NCBI GenBank assembly: GCA_004022145.1
Contig: RCNU01000004.1
From: Paecilomyces variotii
Taxonomy: Eukaryota
Direction: 5' to 3' (one strand)
Length of the DNA stretch: 64,000 nucleotides
The notes beneath the pieces are model-generated. The model had not been told where the DNA came from. It saw only the letters and a list, made by a program, of their open reading frames with translations, and did not search any database. The position numbers were made by a program, and so were the translations under genes. Shown here piece by piece: positions 23,628 to 36,008 of the stretch. Positions within the stretch are counted from its first letter, which is position 1. Every line of letters starts with the position of its first letter.

Positions 23628-25600
23628 TTAAATCCAAATACCCTCTCCACGTCGAGGGACAAAGAACTCACAGCCGAGATGGGCGGCTGCACCATGAGCC
23701 CGCAGTTCCTGTAAGATCCTATCTTCCGGCGGGGGTCCGTCGGATAACGTATCTTTGATGTGAATGATGTAGACCGACAGGCCCGTCAGAGGTGGACGCT
23801 CGGAATCAGCCCAGTGGACTTCGTCCTGCATAGTTGAGTCGCCCGCATAGGAGCCATCGTCGCCGACGTCAACTGGGTCGGGGAGGCTGGGCGTTTGGTC
23901 GTCATGAACAAGTTCTGGGGGCTCGTCGCTATAGTCTCCCGAATTGACACGCGAGCGCGTGCCGCTCCTACCGGACCTCTGGCCGGGAGTGGTGCCTTGC
24001 CGACGATATTTGCTGGGTACATAGGCCTGCGGTCGTGTGGACTTGGGACTGACTCCAGATGTGGGTTCTCTGGAGGATATCCTCTCGTCTTCATGTTTCC
24101 GCTTCAGACCCTGTCCTGGGTTCTGTATATCCACAACCTTTGCTGCTAATACTTTCAGCTCCGCGATTAAATGACGGGGACACAAATGTCCATAGAGGGA
24201 GCCGTCGTCGACGTCATCGTTGTAGGAACATTCAATGAAGATAGCTCGTAAGGTGCCAGAAGCGACCTTCGGAGCTGCCACCTCCCAAACACGTCTATTG
24301 CGAGGATCCAGTGAGACCGAGTCCGGCTCAGTGTCCCCAAATACGATAATCTCTCTTCCTGTGTTATGGTCACGGATGAAGAAAGCAGAACTCTCCACGG
24401 ATGCGTAGCTCGCGTCTTTCCCTGCCCCAAGGGCTGGGGACCGCATCGGCGAATAGATCCTGGAAAACTATGAGTCTCATGTTCGAGGGGGTACCTTGCA
24501 TGAAGGGACGACATACCCTGCATCCGTGTGATCCGCGGATATCGCCCTGGAGGATAGCATCAAGGGGTCACCGGTAAAGACAGAACTGCCTACGCGGTGG
24601 TGTCTGCCAGTCTCTGGGTGATATTTCTGCCTGCACTTGCCATGACTGATGCTCAGACATCTCGCCAGTAAGCCTTCACACGCTCGAACGTAGCCCCTCG
24701 CCTCTCCACGGCCAAATCGGGGGTTCCCTCCCTCCACCAAACGCTGATACGTGATCAGACCGGCACCGCCATCCTCGTCCGACAGATTGGGCCAGATAAC
24801 ATCATTGAACATGTGATTCTTGATGGCAGAAATCACAGAAGGTAAGGCCGCGACGGTTTTTGGTCCACTTCCAGCTTCCACCAAAGGAGTATTGATAGCC
24901 AAACCAGCCAGGTGATCCAGATGAGGATGCGTGATCAAGACGGCACCGATGATCTCCCGGAAGATATAAGCAGCGTTGGCTTGGGCCGTCACGTGGGGCA
25001 ATTCGAGCCCCGTAAATGGCCCTCCTTTCATGATTGCCTTTCCATCTTCGGATTCCGCGGTGTGCTGTTCGAGGGTCCGGATAATCCCGCTCAGCAGTGT
25101 CCCTGCGTCGACAGCGACTACTGAGCCCATGGACCACCGGGAGGACGTGGATCGAACCAGTAGACCGGTGACAACATCTTCGCGGGGTCCTCCTGAGGGA
25201 CCCTATTTTTATGCCAAAACGATCGTTAGCCTGCGCATGTTTCAACTGTCAGGCCCCGAGACCGCTAGCTCAAGCCAACCCCAGAGTGGAGCCCGGAAAG
25301 ATACCGATCAACCAAGGAATCTTTCGAAAGAATAGTATATAGAGCATATCCATGGCCGTAGCCATTCAACCTCGAAGAGTTGGGGTGTCATGCAGGGCTG
25401 CAAGAGATGACGCGGATACCTCAACTATGGCGTATGGGCGAACTCATTCCCCCGGCCACGGATGATATGCAAGAAAGCACGAAAGGAGATATGACGGTCT
25501 GCAGACTTACCAGAACAATTACTTGAAAGGCAGCTTTATCAGCCATGTCCAGACTGTCTGGGAGCGGTTGTTTCTCCCTGCTGGCATCATCACTGAGCAT
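23628..25600 (-). CDS. PDE1: Low-affinity class II cAMP phosphodiesterase
   Basis: FQVIVL|G..GGPREDVVTG, VDAGTLL, ITHPHLDHLAG (metallo-beta-lactamase-like motif), FNDVIWPNL, FGDTEPD, IFIECSY and LYGHLCP. Two introns. The start could instead be 25546. Confidence 0.93.
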
Positions 25601-26993
25601 TATCAATCATGGGGACTGGAGGTTATCTTCGTATCGGGGGACAGTCGCTTGACTCCAGCAACAAAATATTCAACCCAAAACCTTGGTTCTCGAAGAACCA
25701 ACAGAGATATTGGATTGCAACACTGGTCCAATTCTCACGCCTTAGAGAATCGCACAAGTTTCCGTTATTTGACCGTCCACGATCTGAACCGTGTCTGGGG
25801 AAAATGGGGGGAACAGACGACAGCCCTATGGAGACTGGACCCGTTCTGCCATGGGGTTCCGCCTTCGCTTAAGTAGTCTAAGTATTTACTTTGGACGGCT
25901 TTCTTGCGCTTGGATTTCTCGCAGCCATAGGAACGAACCGTACTCTAGAGCAGATCCAGGGGCCATTAGCACGACTTGAGGAGGACACAGAGTAGAGTAC
26001 TCTATCTAGTATTGCCCTGTTTGAGGGACTGACGGCTAGCTCATGCTAGAAGAGGGACTCTGTGGTAGAGGAGATTGACTCTCTGCTTGTCTTTGGAGAA
26101 TTATGGTGGACGGGGCCATGACGTACTTATCCGTTGTATCAAAACAGAATAGAAAAAAAAGAAAGCTACGGGGAATCTACCACTATAGGGACCCAAGCAA
26201 CTGTTGCCAGCCTGCTAGCGGAGAAATGACGACTGATGAGAATTCTCCTCGATCTATCTACCCCATTCTACCGTCATTATTTAGAGCCAGTGGCCCACCT
26301 GCCAGTTGAACTTGGTGCCTTAGCGTAGCGCCTGGACCGCCAGGGCTCTACCGGACCCAGAATAATCAGGTGGACCAGCGGGTCTTATCTGTTTCTGATC
26401 CGATACGGATTCAGTAATTTAGCTAAAGATCCATATCACATTCAAGAATGTGAGAGAACTTTTGACTCTTACCTTCGACCATACATCACAGAATATACAG
26501 ATTAAGTAAGAAGGCAGATGGGGATATCCGAAAAAAGCACATCTGTATTCAAAGTCATGTGGCGAAATTTCTGTACAGAAATCAACCCATACTGTACATG
26601 TACGAAGCGCACTGCAAAGGAGCTGTCTCGCCCCATATACACGTGTATAAACAACAACCGCAGAATACATGGCCCAAGAGTATGAACACATTGCACCCGA
26701 GCCTGCAAATCGCCGGCTCGCATTTTCGCTCAACATCCTTCCAAGACCATGGGCAATGGCCGATGACCCGTGATTCGCCTCCTCACACCCATTGCCAGTT
26801 CCCATCCCATATAAAAAATCATCCCAAATAAAAAAAACTATACCAGCCATCCAACGCCAGACATGACCGCTAAATCGAGGAAACAGCACGGGAGAAACAC
26901 CAGTTCAACTGACAGACACGAGGACGGTATATTTTGAAAGATCGCGGTAGACAAAGAAAAGATAACAACAACAAATGCCGCTGGTGCTGGGGA

Positions 26994-28692
26994 TCACCGT
27001 TCGGAACAGTCATCGCGCACATCAGACGGGCCGCGGTCCAGATTACCAACGGCAGCATCGTAGATAGGCGGCTGATCCGGGGGATGGAAGCGCCTCTCAT
27101 CAGAGCCGTGGGTCGGCGGCGGACTGCCGGGGGGACTGGAATATTCGGGCGGCGGAACGGCCTGCTCACCGGACAGCAATGGAGGAGGGTCCTCATCGCC
27201 ATCCATTGTCCGACTGGAACCTTCACCGCCGTCATCATGTGATGGGACATGAGAGAGTTGAGCCAAGGAGATGTCGGTAGGGGAGCGTAGAGGACCAGGA
27301 CTGGGAGGGGCGACCCGGACTGCAGCACTGGGTCGCGCATAGCCAGCATCTAGGTAGCCTCGTTGGGCATTGGGAGCAGTGCTCTCTCGGCCGGACTCCA
27401 GAAGAATACTGCCTTGCTCGCTTCCATACGGGGGCGGAGGCGCAAGACTGCCGGTCATAGGAGCCAACCCCCATTTTTTCACATTGGCCTCAATGAACAC
27501 GAATCCCATCTGCCCGAAATTGACATGGACCATGCATGGCCCATTGGCACCGACCGTCGGGAAGAAGTTTTGCGACTTCAGACCGTGCACGACATCGTCA
27601 AGCTTCTTGCCATTTCGCGTGAAGAAGATCGTTCCAGACCTAGGACGATATCCGATACCTATCACATCACCCTGTTGGAATTCGGGACCGTAAGGAGTGG
27701 GGTTAAAGGGCTGGTTATGTCTCCGGTGGCCAGTGGACTGGTACGCAACGGACGTCTTGTGGAATCCTGCACAAAAAGCATCAGTATTGAACGCACTGTA
27801 GATTACATCTCTCCGCTTGCCACTTACCTGGGAGCCTAAACAACGGGTAGGGCTTGGTAGTCATTCCAATGCTTATCAGAGTCGACTCGGGCTTATCGTA
27901 GATCTTGGCTTCCCAGTAATATACATCGTTCTGTTTCGGTATCGGTAGGTTGCTCTGGACACTGGCTACTGAATCGAAAAATTCGATCTCTGTACGGGCC
28001 TCAACGAAGCAGTTGGCGATTTCGAGTTCCGGCTCGAATTCCCATGCGGAGACACCTTTTTCCTGGATGGCGAGGAATTGCGACAGAGAAATGTCGGTCT
28101 GCATCGTCTCAGGCGGGTATGCCAGGACGAAGGCTATCATTCAGTCAGTTGTTTTCCTTTTCCATCATGCAATTCCATCGAGCCAATCCTCATCAAAGTG
28201 CGTCCACGAACCTTTAGCTCTGAAATATTCCGACCGTGAGATGTCGTCCATGACCTCGAGGGCCTCCGCCTCTTCCCGTGCAAATGCCTGCTCATCATCG
28301 TATTCACCAGGCCGACCGATGCGATCCAAAATAATGCGTCCCCGACTGGTATATTTGAAGAAAAAGAAGATCGCAAGGATGATGACTGCGACTCCCGCGG
28401 ATCCAAACGCAGAGAGGATCCCGATCAAGATCCCCTTCCCGGTCGACCCGGCATTGTCACCGATACTGTTCACATGTACGGGATACTTTACCGGCACATG
28501 AGCCGATAAACCCGCCTGCTGGAGACGGTGAAGACGGTGAACATTGCGATCGGGATCGGATGCAAGCGTTGGGGCTGGGCGTGGGAGCGTGGTGAAGCCG
28601 TTCTGTGTCTGTGTCATTGCCGGGTTGGCCATGACGAGGGTTGAAGGAGCCTCGTCGAGAGCACCGAGGCCCGATGCCTCAGATCCCCGCAT
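26994..28692 (-). CDS. SSH4: Ssh4/Ear1-like TM + SPRY domain Rsp5 adaptor
   Basis: Single TM (ILIGILSAFGSAGVAVIILAIFFFF), SPRY motifs QSNLPIPKQNDVYYWEAK, TKPYPLFRLPG and FFTRNGKKL, plus PY motifs PPPPY and PPPEY. Two introns. Confidence 0.9.
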
Positions 28693-29343
28693 CGTTCATG
28701 AAGCAGTTCGAATTATGCGCAGCAGGTGGACAGAGGGGGAAGCAGACAACAGATCTGTTCGTTACGCAAAGAAAGAAACAGCACGCAGCGATGGACGACG
28801 GATGGATGGATGGATGGATGTAAAGAAGATGGGGGCAGGAATCGCAGATGAGAGCCCGTCCGGGAAGGCTTGGAGTTGGGAGGCGAAGACGAAACCCCGG
28901 CGGTGGGGTGTGTCTCTTGTTCGCTGGCGGCTGGCTAGACTGTAAGCGTCTCTCTGGTTTCGCATCCGGACGGAGGCGTTACTCTTTAGTGAGTTAACTA
29001 CTATCTAGAGCAGCACAGCTCCCCTCTCGTTTACTTTTGCTAATTCCATACGCAAGGCAGATACATAAATAAATATGAGCCTCCTCAAGGGATGCGATAG
29101 ATAGATAGTGGTTCTTCTTCTTCAAAATCCCCCGAGTCTCAGCCCCGCCAGGCTGCGACGGGCCATGTTAGATCGAGTCAAGCAGACTGGCAAAAAGTAG
29201 TCGTGACACTATACCCAATTCCACCGCCAGCACGCGGTTAGTTAACTTATCTAACTAACTATCTAACTATCTTGTTCTCCCCTGGCCGACCTCGTGGCTC
29301 CTTGCGTCATGAGCCCCTTGGTCCTTAACCCTCCGCAACCAAC

Positions 29344-31080
29344 ATGAAATTACAGTCGCTGCGCGCGCGCTCTAGGGATTGCTCCCTCACGGACGATGCC
29401 CTGCGGTCGCAGGTCGACACGAGCATCATCCAGAACTACCATATCCATCTGGAGCTCCTCGGCGCCAACTGTGACAAGTACCCTGGTTAGTTCGCAGATC
29501 CCCTCAGCCGCATAGCAGCGTGTCTCAGTATCGATTCCCACCCTGCATCTCCTCCAGAAAGGGCCACGTTCCTCACAGGGCGTCTCTCGACCGTGCTATG
29601 GATTAACAGGTACTGACAACGTGCGGTGCAGCCAAGCAACACGTTCGCAGGGTCGCGGCCCGGTTAGGTGTCTCCCACGGCCTCATCTATCTGGAGGGAA
29701 AGCCCACGACATACCTGGATGATTCCGACCAGACTGTCCCCTTCCGCCAGAGACGCTACTTCTACTATCTCAGCGGCGTTGATGAGCCGGACTGTTATCT
29801 CACCTACGATATCGCTCAGGATCGCTTGATCTTGTACGTCCCCGACTTTGATCTGCGACGAGCGATATGGATGGGCCCCACGCTCACAGTGGACGAAGCC
29901 CAGGAGAGGTAAGTATTAGGTCTCTTTGGCCACATCTGTCACCACTTAAGAGTTTCCCGACCGCGTTTGCTGATACTGAAGTAGATACGACGTGGATCAA
30001 GCTCGATACTACTCTTCCCTATCGGATGATATAAACCGATGGGCCGCCGAAAATAACGAGCACTATCCTATCTATCTTCTCCATGCGTCGGAACAGCCCA
30101 CAGGAACGGCTGCTAACCTTCAGTTTGATGCGGAGCAGTTGCAGCCCGCGATGGATACTTGCCGCGGTGTCAAGGACAAGCACGAAATCGATCAGATCAG
30201 GCGAGCCAATAAGGTCTCCGGGTTAGCTCACATCCAGGTTCTGCGGAATATCAGCAAGATGGTCAATGAAACTCAGATCGAGGGCATCTTCCTCGATACT
30301 TGTGTCTCCCTGGGAGCAAAGAACCAGGCGTATGGGATCATCGCGGCATCGGGCGAGAACGCTGCCACGTTGCATTACATGAAGAACAACGAGCCGCTCG
30401 CAGACAGACAGTTTGTCTGTCTTGATGCGGGCGCAGAGTGGAATTGCTACGCCAGCGATGTGACCAGGACCTTCCCTCTTCAAGGCCGCTGGCCTAGCGA
30501 TGAGGCTAGAGATACCTATCGTATCGTCGAGAAGATGCAGGAGGAGTGCATCAAGCGCATACGTAAAGGTGTCCGATTTTTGGATCTACACATCTTGGCT
30601 CACGTTATTGCTATTGAAGGACTGCTGGACCTGGGGATCCTCAAGGGTGGTTCGACAGAGGAGATCCGTAAATGCGGCGTGTCGAGAGTATTCTTCCCGC
30701 ACGGATTAGGTCACCACGTCGGGCTCGAGGTGCATGATGTCTCTGAAAAATCAATCATGGCAGCCTCTGGTGAACAGGAAGATGACTCAGTTTTAGTTCC
30801 GCCCACCAGTCGTTCCCCATGCACGTTCTCCGCCCCGACCTTGGAGCCCGGCATGATAGTAACCGTAGAGCCCGGTGTCTATTTCTCGCGGCTTGCCCTC
30901 CAGAATGCCAAGCAGCAGCCGTATGCCAAATACATTGACTTCAATGTGGCTGCGAGGTACATCCCCGTTGGAGGCGTCCGTATTGAAGACGACATTCTCG
31001 TCACGGATGGCGGATACGAGAATCTGACGACCGCACCGAAGGGAGAGAAGATGCTCGAAATCATCCGGCGGGGACAATAG
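29344..31080 (+). CDS. pepP: Xaa-Pro aminopeptidase / prolidase (M24B), 3 exons
   Basis: [71 protein letters not shown] and GGVRIEDD. Confidence 0.94.
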
Positions 31081-31539
31081 ACCGGAACTGGTGGTCAATG
31101 ATCGTTGGCTGCGTGGCTGCGTTATCTGCCGCGCTCACTAAGAAACCACCAGGACTGGAGAAAAAGCCCGAAAGTCTTTTTGTTACTGCAGTAGGAGAAT
31201 AGCTAGCATTGAGATAAGGACACAAATAACTTTTCGTGTTCTTTCGTTTTTACAATGTACAGTAAGTAATACTCTAGTGCGAAGCGAAGCGAAGCTTGCA
31301 AACGATAGATCAGCTGGCTGGAGAACAGTCGTCCAGAGAACTGGATATTAGTTATCGAATTTAGCGTTTAGGCAACCGTTGCAGGCATGATTGCAGCGAG
31401 TAAATGATATAGATACCATCTGGCTGGTACGTACTATTCAGACATGCACTTCCTACAGATACGGTATTCTTATGGACCTTCAAGCTTTTGAAGAGGGTGG
31501 CTCATCGGCACTACTCCTAGCCGCCGCGTCAAGATATCA

Positions 31540-32250
31540 AATTCGTATTATTTGAAACTATATTATACACCACGTAATTCTCAATAATCAGAATCAAAAC
31601 AGGCAGGCATTATAACCAGCCTCTAGAGCTACCTTTGCTGCCTTTTCAGCTTCTAGATCAAGTCCCCTAGCTTAATCTCGCTTATCTACTTACCTATAGC
31701 CTATTAATTAAATTTCTATATAGCAAATCGCGTATTTAGATCTACCACTATTTTACGGCGTTTATAACTCCTTTAAGGAACTAGGAAGAAATTCTGATCT
31801 ATAGAACTTCCCCACCGTCTCCGCTGCTATTCATATTCAACTTCAAGATAGCTAGGCCTGACGATGGAGTTTTTTTGAATAGATCTCAGTAATCTCACTG
31901 GAAGTAGATTTCTTCAATCTGTTCTTTGCTACTTATTCTTAGTTAGTTGTTTCCTAGGTAGGTTCTAGAGCAAAAAGGAATCCTATGAGAAACGCTAGAG
32001 ACATTATTATTCTAGACGCTTTGCATTAGCTAACTAGGTACCTATGGTAGGTTATTGACCAGATTTAGAAATAGCAATTAATGCTAATCAAGACAACAAG
32101 AGTTGAGGGTACGTAATACATTAGCGAATTAACTACCTCTGACTAATGAGGACTTGGCAATTGAGATCTAAAAGTCGTGAAAAAGAGATTTGCATCATAG
32201 ACGTTTAATAACGAATAGTCTAAACTCCTGACTAAGTTATCTTGCTGAAT
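31540..32250. other. AT/TpA-rich, ORF-free tract, probable RIP-degraded repeat relic
   Basis: By eye, dense TAG/CTA/TAA and few CpA/TpG, with no ORF of 60 aa or more. Dinucleotide indices were not computed. Confidence 0.45.
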
Positions 32251-34185
32251 TACCTATGAATGCAACGATATGTTGAAGATGGAGTGCAGTATAGCATTGA
32301 TACACATGAGATATATACACGATAGTTTCTGGAGCTATATGGTATTTCCGAACTTGTTGGAGAAAACATAATGCGTATTATCATGAAGAAAGAAAGTAAC
32401 CAGGAAGGGGACTGCGGTATTCGAGCGTGCCAGCTCGCCAACATTATTATTATTATCCGCTCCTTAATTATTATTATTCCCCTTTCCCCCCATCTTGCGC
32501 TTTGTTCACTTTTCTCATCTTGGAGAATGATATGAAACCAAAGCAATTTCAACTACCAGAATAATATCATACCACCCGAGTCTAGAATCCTTCAGCCTGA
32601 TGTCCATGTCCATGTCATAACTTTTTTTACTCGTTCAATGTCCATGCCGGACGGACCCGACACACACGCAACTGGGAAGAGAATTCCCCGGGTGGGCAGA
32701 ACAGGCAGTCGTCATTATTTCTGAAGCGAAACCCGGGAATGGATGGAGCAGCATCTTGGCAAGCCATCTAAGTCAAATTATCTAGTCAGATCGCGACACG
32801 CCATCATCATTTTAAGCTGCGACCATTCGATGCTCCCGAGATTAGTTAGTTTAGGTCCCTAGACTAGACTAGATAACCCTGTCGATCCTAAAACGAGTCC
32901 ACATGTGTCATTTTAACCCGTCCGGCTCTGACGGGACGGCAACGGAGGGAGATCTCTCGGCAAGCCGTTAAGTAGTACGTAGAAGAATTGTGCGTTAATT
33001 AGATAATATTCAAACAACGATTCTTGTTTCAGGAACTCGGCCTTTCATTGAGTCATGGCAAATAGAAAAAGTCAATGAAAAAAAATCAAATCAACATGTC
33101 ATCTACTTCCCGACAGTATTGTAGTAGTCATGAGCCGTTTGAAACAGAGGAATGTAGCAGGAATTAACTCAACACTCGCTCGCTAGATAGAGAGCATTAT
33201 TTCCACCATTCCAGATCACCTCATCTCGTCAGACCACCCACTCGGCACACCTGGCCGGAAAAAAAACTACTATTCCAACGCAATTTCTGACATGCAAGTC
33301 ATCATCGCACGATTCGGGCCACGAAAGCACGCACAAAAGAAAAAGGAATTTTGCTTGATTCTACCCCCACTCGCACGTTTCAGGTTCTTTTTCATTCTTG
33401 TTGTCAAGATCCGAGAAATAAGATCCTTGATTCTCGATCCGTGGTGGGTTCCGTCATGGGGCTTGTCTCGATTCTGAAGTTGGTCATGACATGGATGACT
33501 CGGACTGTGCCTTCTTTTCCGCTTGGAAAGAGGGAGTCGTCGGGACGTACATTATTGAAACTTTTTTTTTCCTTACTTGGTCTGTGATTCATAGAATAAT
33601 ATGTCCACTTTATGACCTAATAATAAAAAAAAAAAGAAAAAATTCCAAAAACGGGGAGAAGCAAGAGAACTCCGCGTTTAGAGTCGATGCCCAGCGGTAG
33701 CCCTACGAAAAACAAAGACAGGAAGAGTCGGCAGGAAAGCTCGAGAAGACTCCGATTCGCCATAGAGAAGCCCGTAATCGCGCACGATTCAAATTTCAGC
33801 GTGTTTTGCCGTGGAATGGCGCCATCCGGGCCCCTTTGGGCGATCGTCTGGCGCCCATGGTCGAGACCATCAGGTCCAACGCGGTTAGGGCCGGGTGAGT
33901 CACCCCCTAACCTTGCGAGCCTGACTCGGAAGCTCAGCAGACTCATTTAAGCTGCAGTCATCTGCTGTCATGTTATCCTTCCCTTTTGCTTCCCATCGCA
34001 TCCTTTTTTTAAAGGATGCCGGTCACTCCTCTCCCGGCCGTTGTCTCGTTTTCTTTCCTTTTGTTCACCATTGCCTGAGGGCAACTAAAAAGCCATAAAA
34101 GTCTCTTTGATTGGAATAGTTCCTTCCGCATACGAATTCACGACCCCCAAGTAAACGATCCACGACATCACGCAGACATTCTGAA

Positions 34186-34569
34186 ATGGGCCAGAAGCAC
34201 AACAGACGTCGCACCAGACCTCGATCCCGGAATCGTCACAACAAAAGTGTCTCGTCGACGGACTTCTCTCCGCCTCCGGTCACCGTCTACACACCTACCT
34301 CGCTGATCGATCAAACAAGCTCTTCTCCTCAATCCTCCCCGGCCCTATCCACCGCTTATGTCTCGCCTAGCTATGTTCCAGTGACCCTGCCCCCACAATG
34401 GCACGATGGGTACAAGGAATGGCGGATTCACGAGCGCAAGCTGTGGAAGGAGGCGGCTGAGATGGAAGAAAAGCAATGTCGTCTCTTCGGAGGTGTACCA
34501 GGCGATGACGTGAGCCTTTGTTATCGGATGCTCGAGTACTTTGGTGGACTCGACTACATAGACCCGTAA
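34186..34569 (+). CDS. Small hypothetical protein with basic N-terminus (127 aa)
   Basis: Clean ATG ORF MGQKHNRRRTRPRSR with an ordered C-terminal motif (QCRLFGGVPGDDVSLCYRMLEYFGGLDYID). A TATA-like CATAAAA and a CT-rich tract lie upstream. Confidence 0.65.
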   Translation: MGQKHNRRRTRPRSRNRHNKSVSSTDFSPPPVTVYTPTSLIDQTSSSPQSSPALSTAYVSPSYVPVTLPPQWHDGYKEWRIHERKLWKEAAEMEEKQCRLFGGVPGDDVSLCYRMLEYFGGLDYIDP

Positions 34570-36008
34570 GTGGTCCCTTCAGAAAGCCTAGTCGGATAAC
34601 GCATTCTCACATACTCTGTCTGTAGATTAGGAGATGTCTGAGCTTGAGTGAGATGGTTACCTCTTCTGTCCTTCGATGTCTCGTTTGGATAAGGAATAGG
34701 CAACCGATCCCGGAAAATGAAAAAGAATAAACGATGCAGGATGTGACCCACTGGTCACTCCCGTTATCAGAAATCGACTTCGAAGCACAACTCCTGAAAT
34801 GACGGGCGCCGGGTTCATGGGAAAAAGCGAGCTGTCGACTTGCAGCAATGAAGTTACTATGCCTCCGTGAATTCACGTACAGTCATTGGCATAGTATTGG
34901 ATTGGTCCACTTAATGCTCGGCCATTCGAACACCGGAACAGGGTCCCTTTCGCAAGTCCCTTGCTGGAAAAGCACGGCAAACAACGAGAAAAGGGGAGAC
35001 CAGGGAAGGGGCGGGACAGATGCAGCTGACACTTCCTTGATCGATGCGGGTGGTGCTCGTGTCCGATATGCTATCATATCGTAGACGCTTGAGCTCTCCG
35101 TGTGGTAGGACAGCTGTCGGGGGTTTTCAGGAAACAAACGTCTGTTTCATCCCTTCCCATCAGTAAAGAAGAAGAGCCGCGGAAGGATCCGCCGCGTCAT
35201 TTCTCGACCGTCAATGAGTATCCCGTATTAGATTACAGGGAAATTCGAAGAATTGGATCAGACACTGATCGGAGATGTGTACGTTATCATGAGGAATTGC
35301 AGCGCACTATCTCTATTCGCTTTTGGCGGGAGAGGAGTTGTCATGATCAATCTGGTACATTATACCCACCAGCAATAGTCGTCGCTATGGAGTTTATCCA
35401 TAGGCATGTCTTCGACTATTAGCTTCTGGGAAATGAAAATCTTGTAAATTACCTATCAATGGATAAAAATGTCATTTATAGAATCTGGGATTTTATCTTC
35501 CTGTGTTAGTGTTTTGGAATGTGTAAATGGCCTCATTGGATAGAAAGGTAAAAATGTATTGCAGAAAGCATATCCGAAACAAAATCTATTTGTCGGCCAA
35601 AGTTCTGCAGCATCATACAAGGAGACAAAGGAGATCGAGTCATCGTGATGGCGCTGAAGTGAACGTGTTCTTTGGCGGAGCAAGACAGCTAGTATGGACA
35701 AGGCAGGCGGTGAGCCCAAGAAGGCATAAAGGACACGGTCGGTCAGTTAACCAACAGCAATATCTGAGGATCACCGCTCCGAACACGCTGCAGGGGAACG
35801 TCCTTTCAACCTACAGTCGCTTTCTCGGGTGTCTCTCGGAGGAATATGCTCTGTTGCTCTGTCACTTAGTTCTTTATACATTCCTTCCACCTTGTTCTTT
35901 TCCTTCCTCTCATCTCAATATACCAAACAACGCCCCCGAGCTACCCTAATAATTACAGCCAGCGCGCGGTCCAAGGGCCCTCGTTGGCCTGACTGATTCC
36001 CTGCGAAG

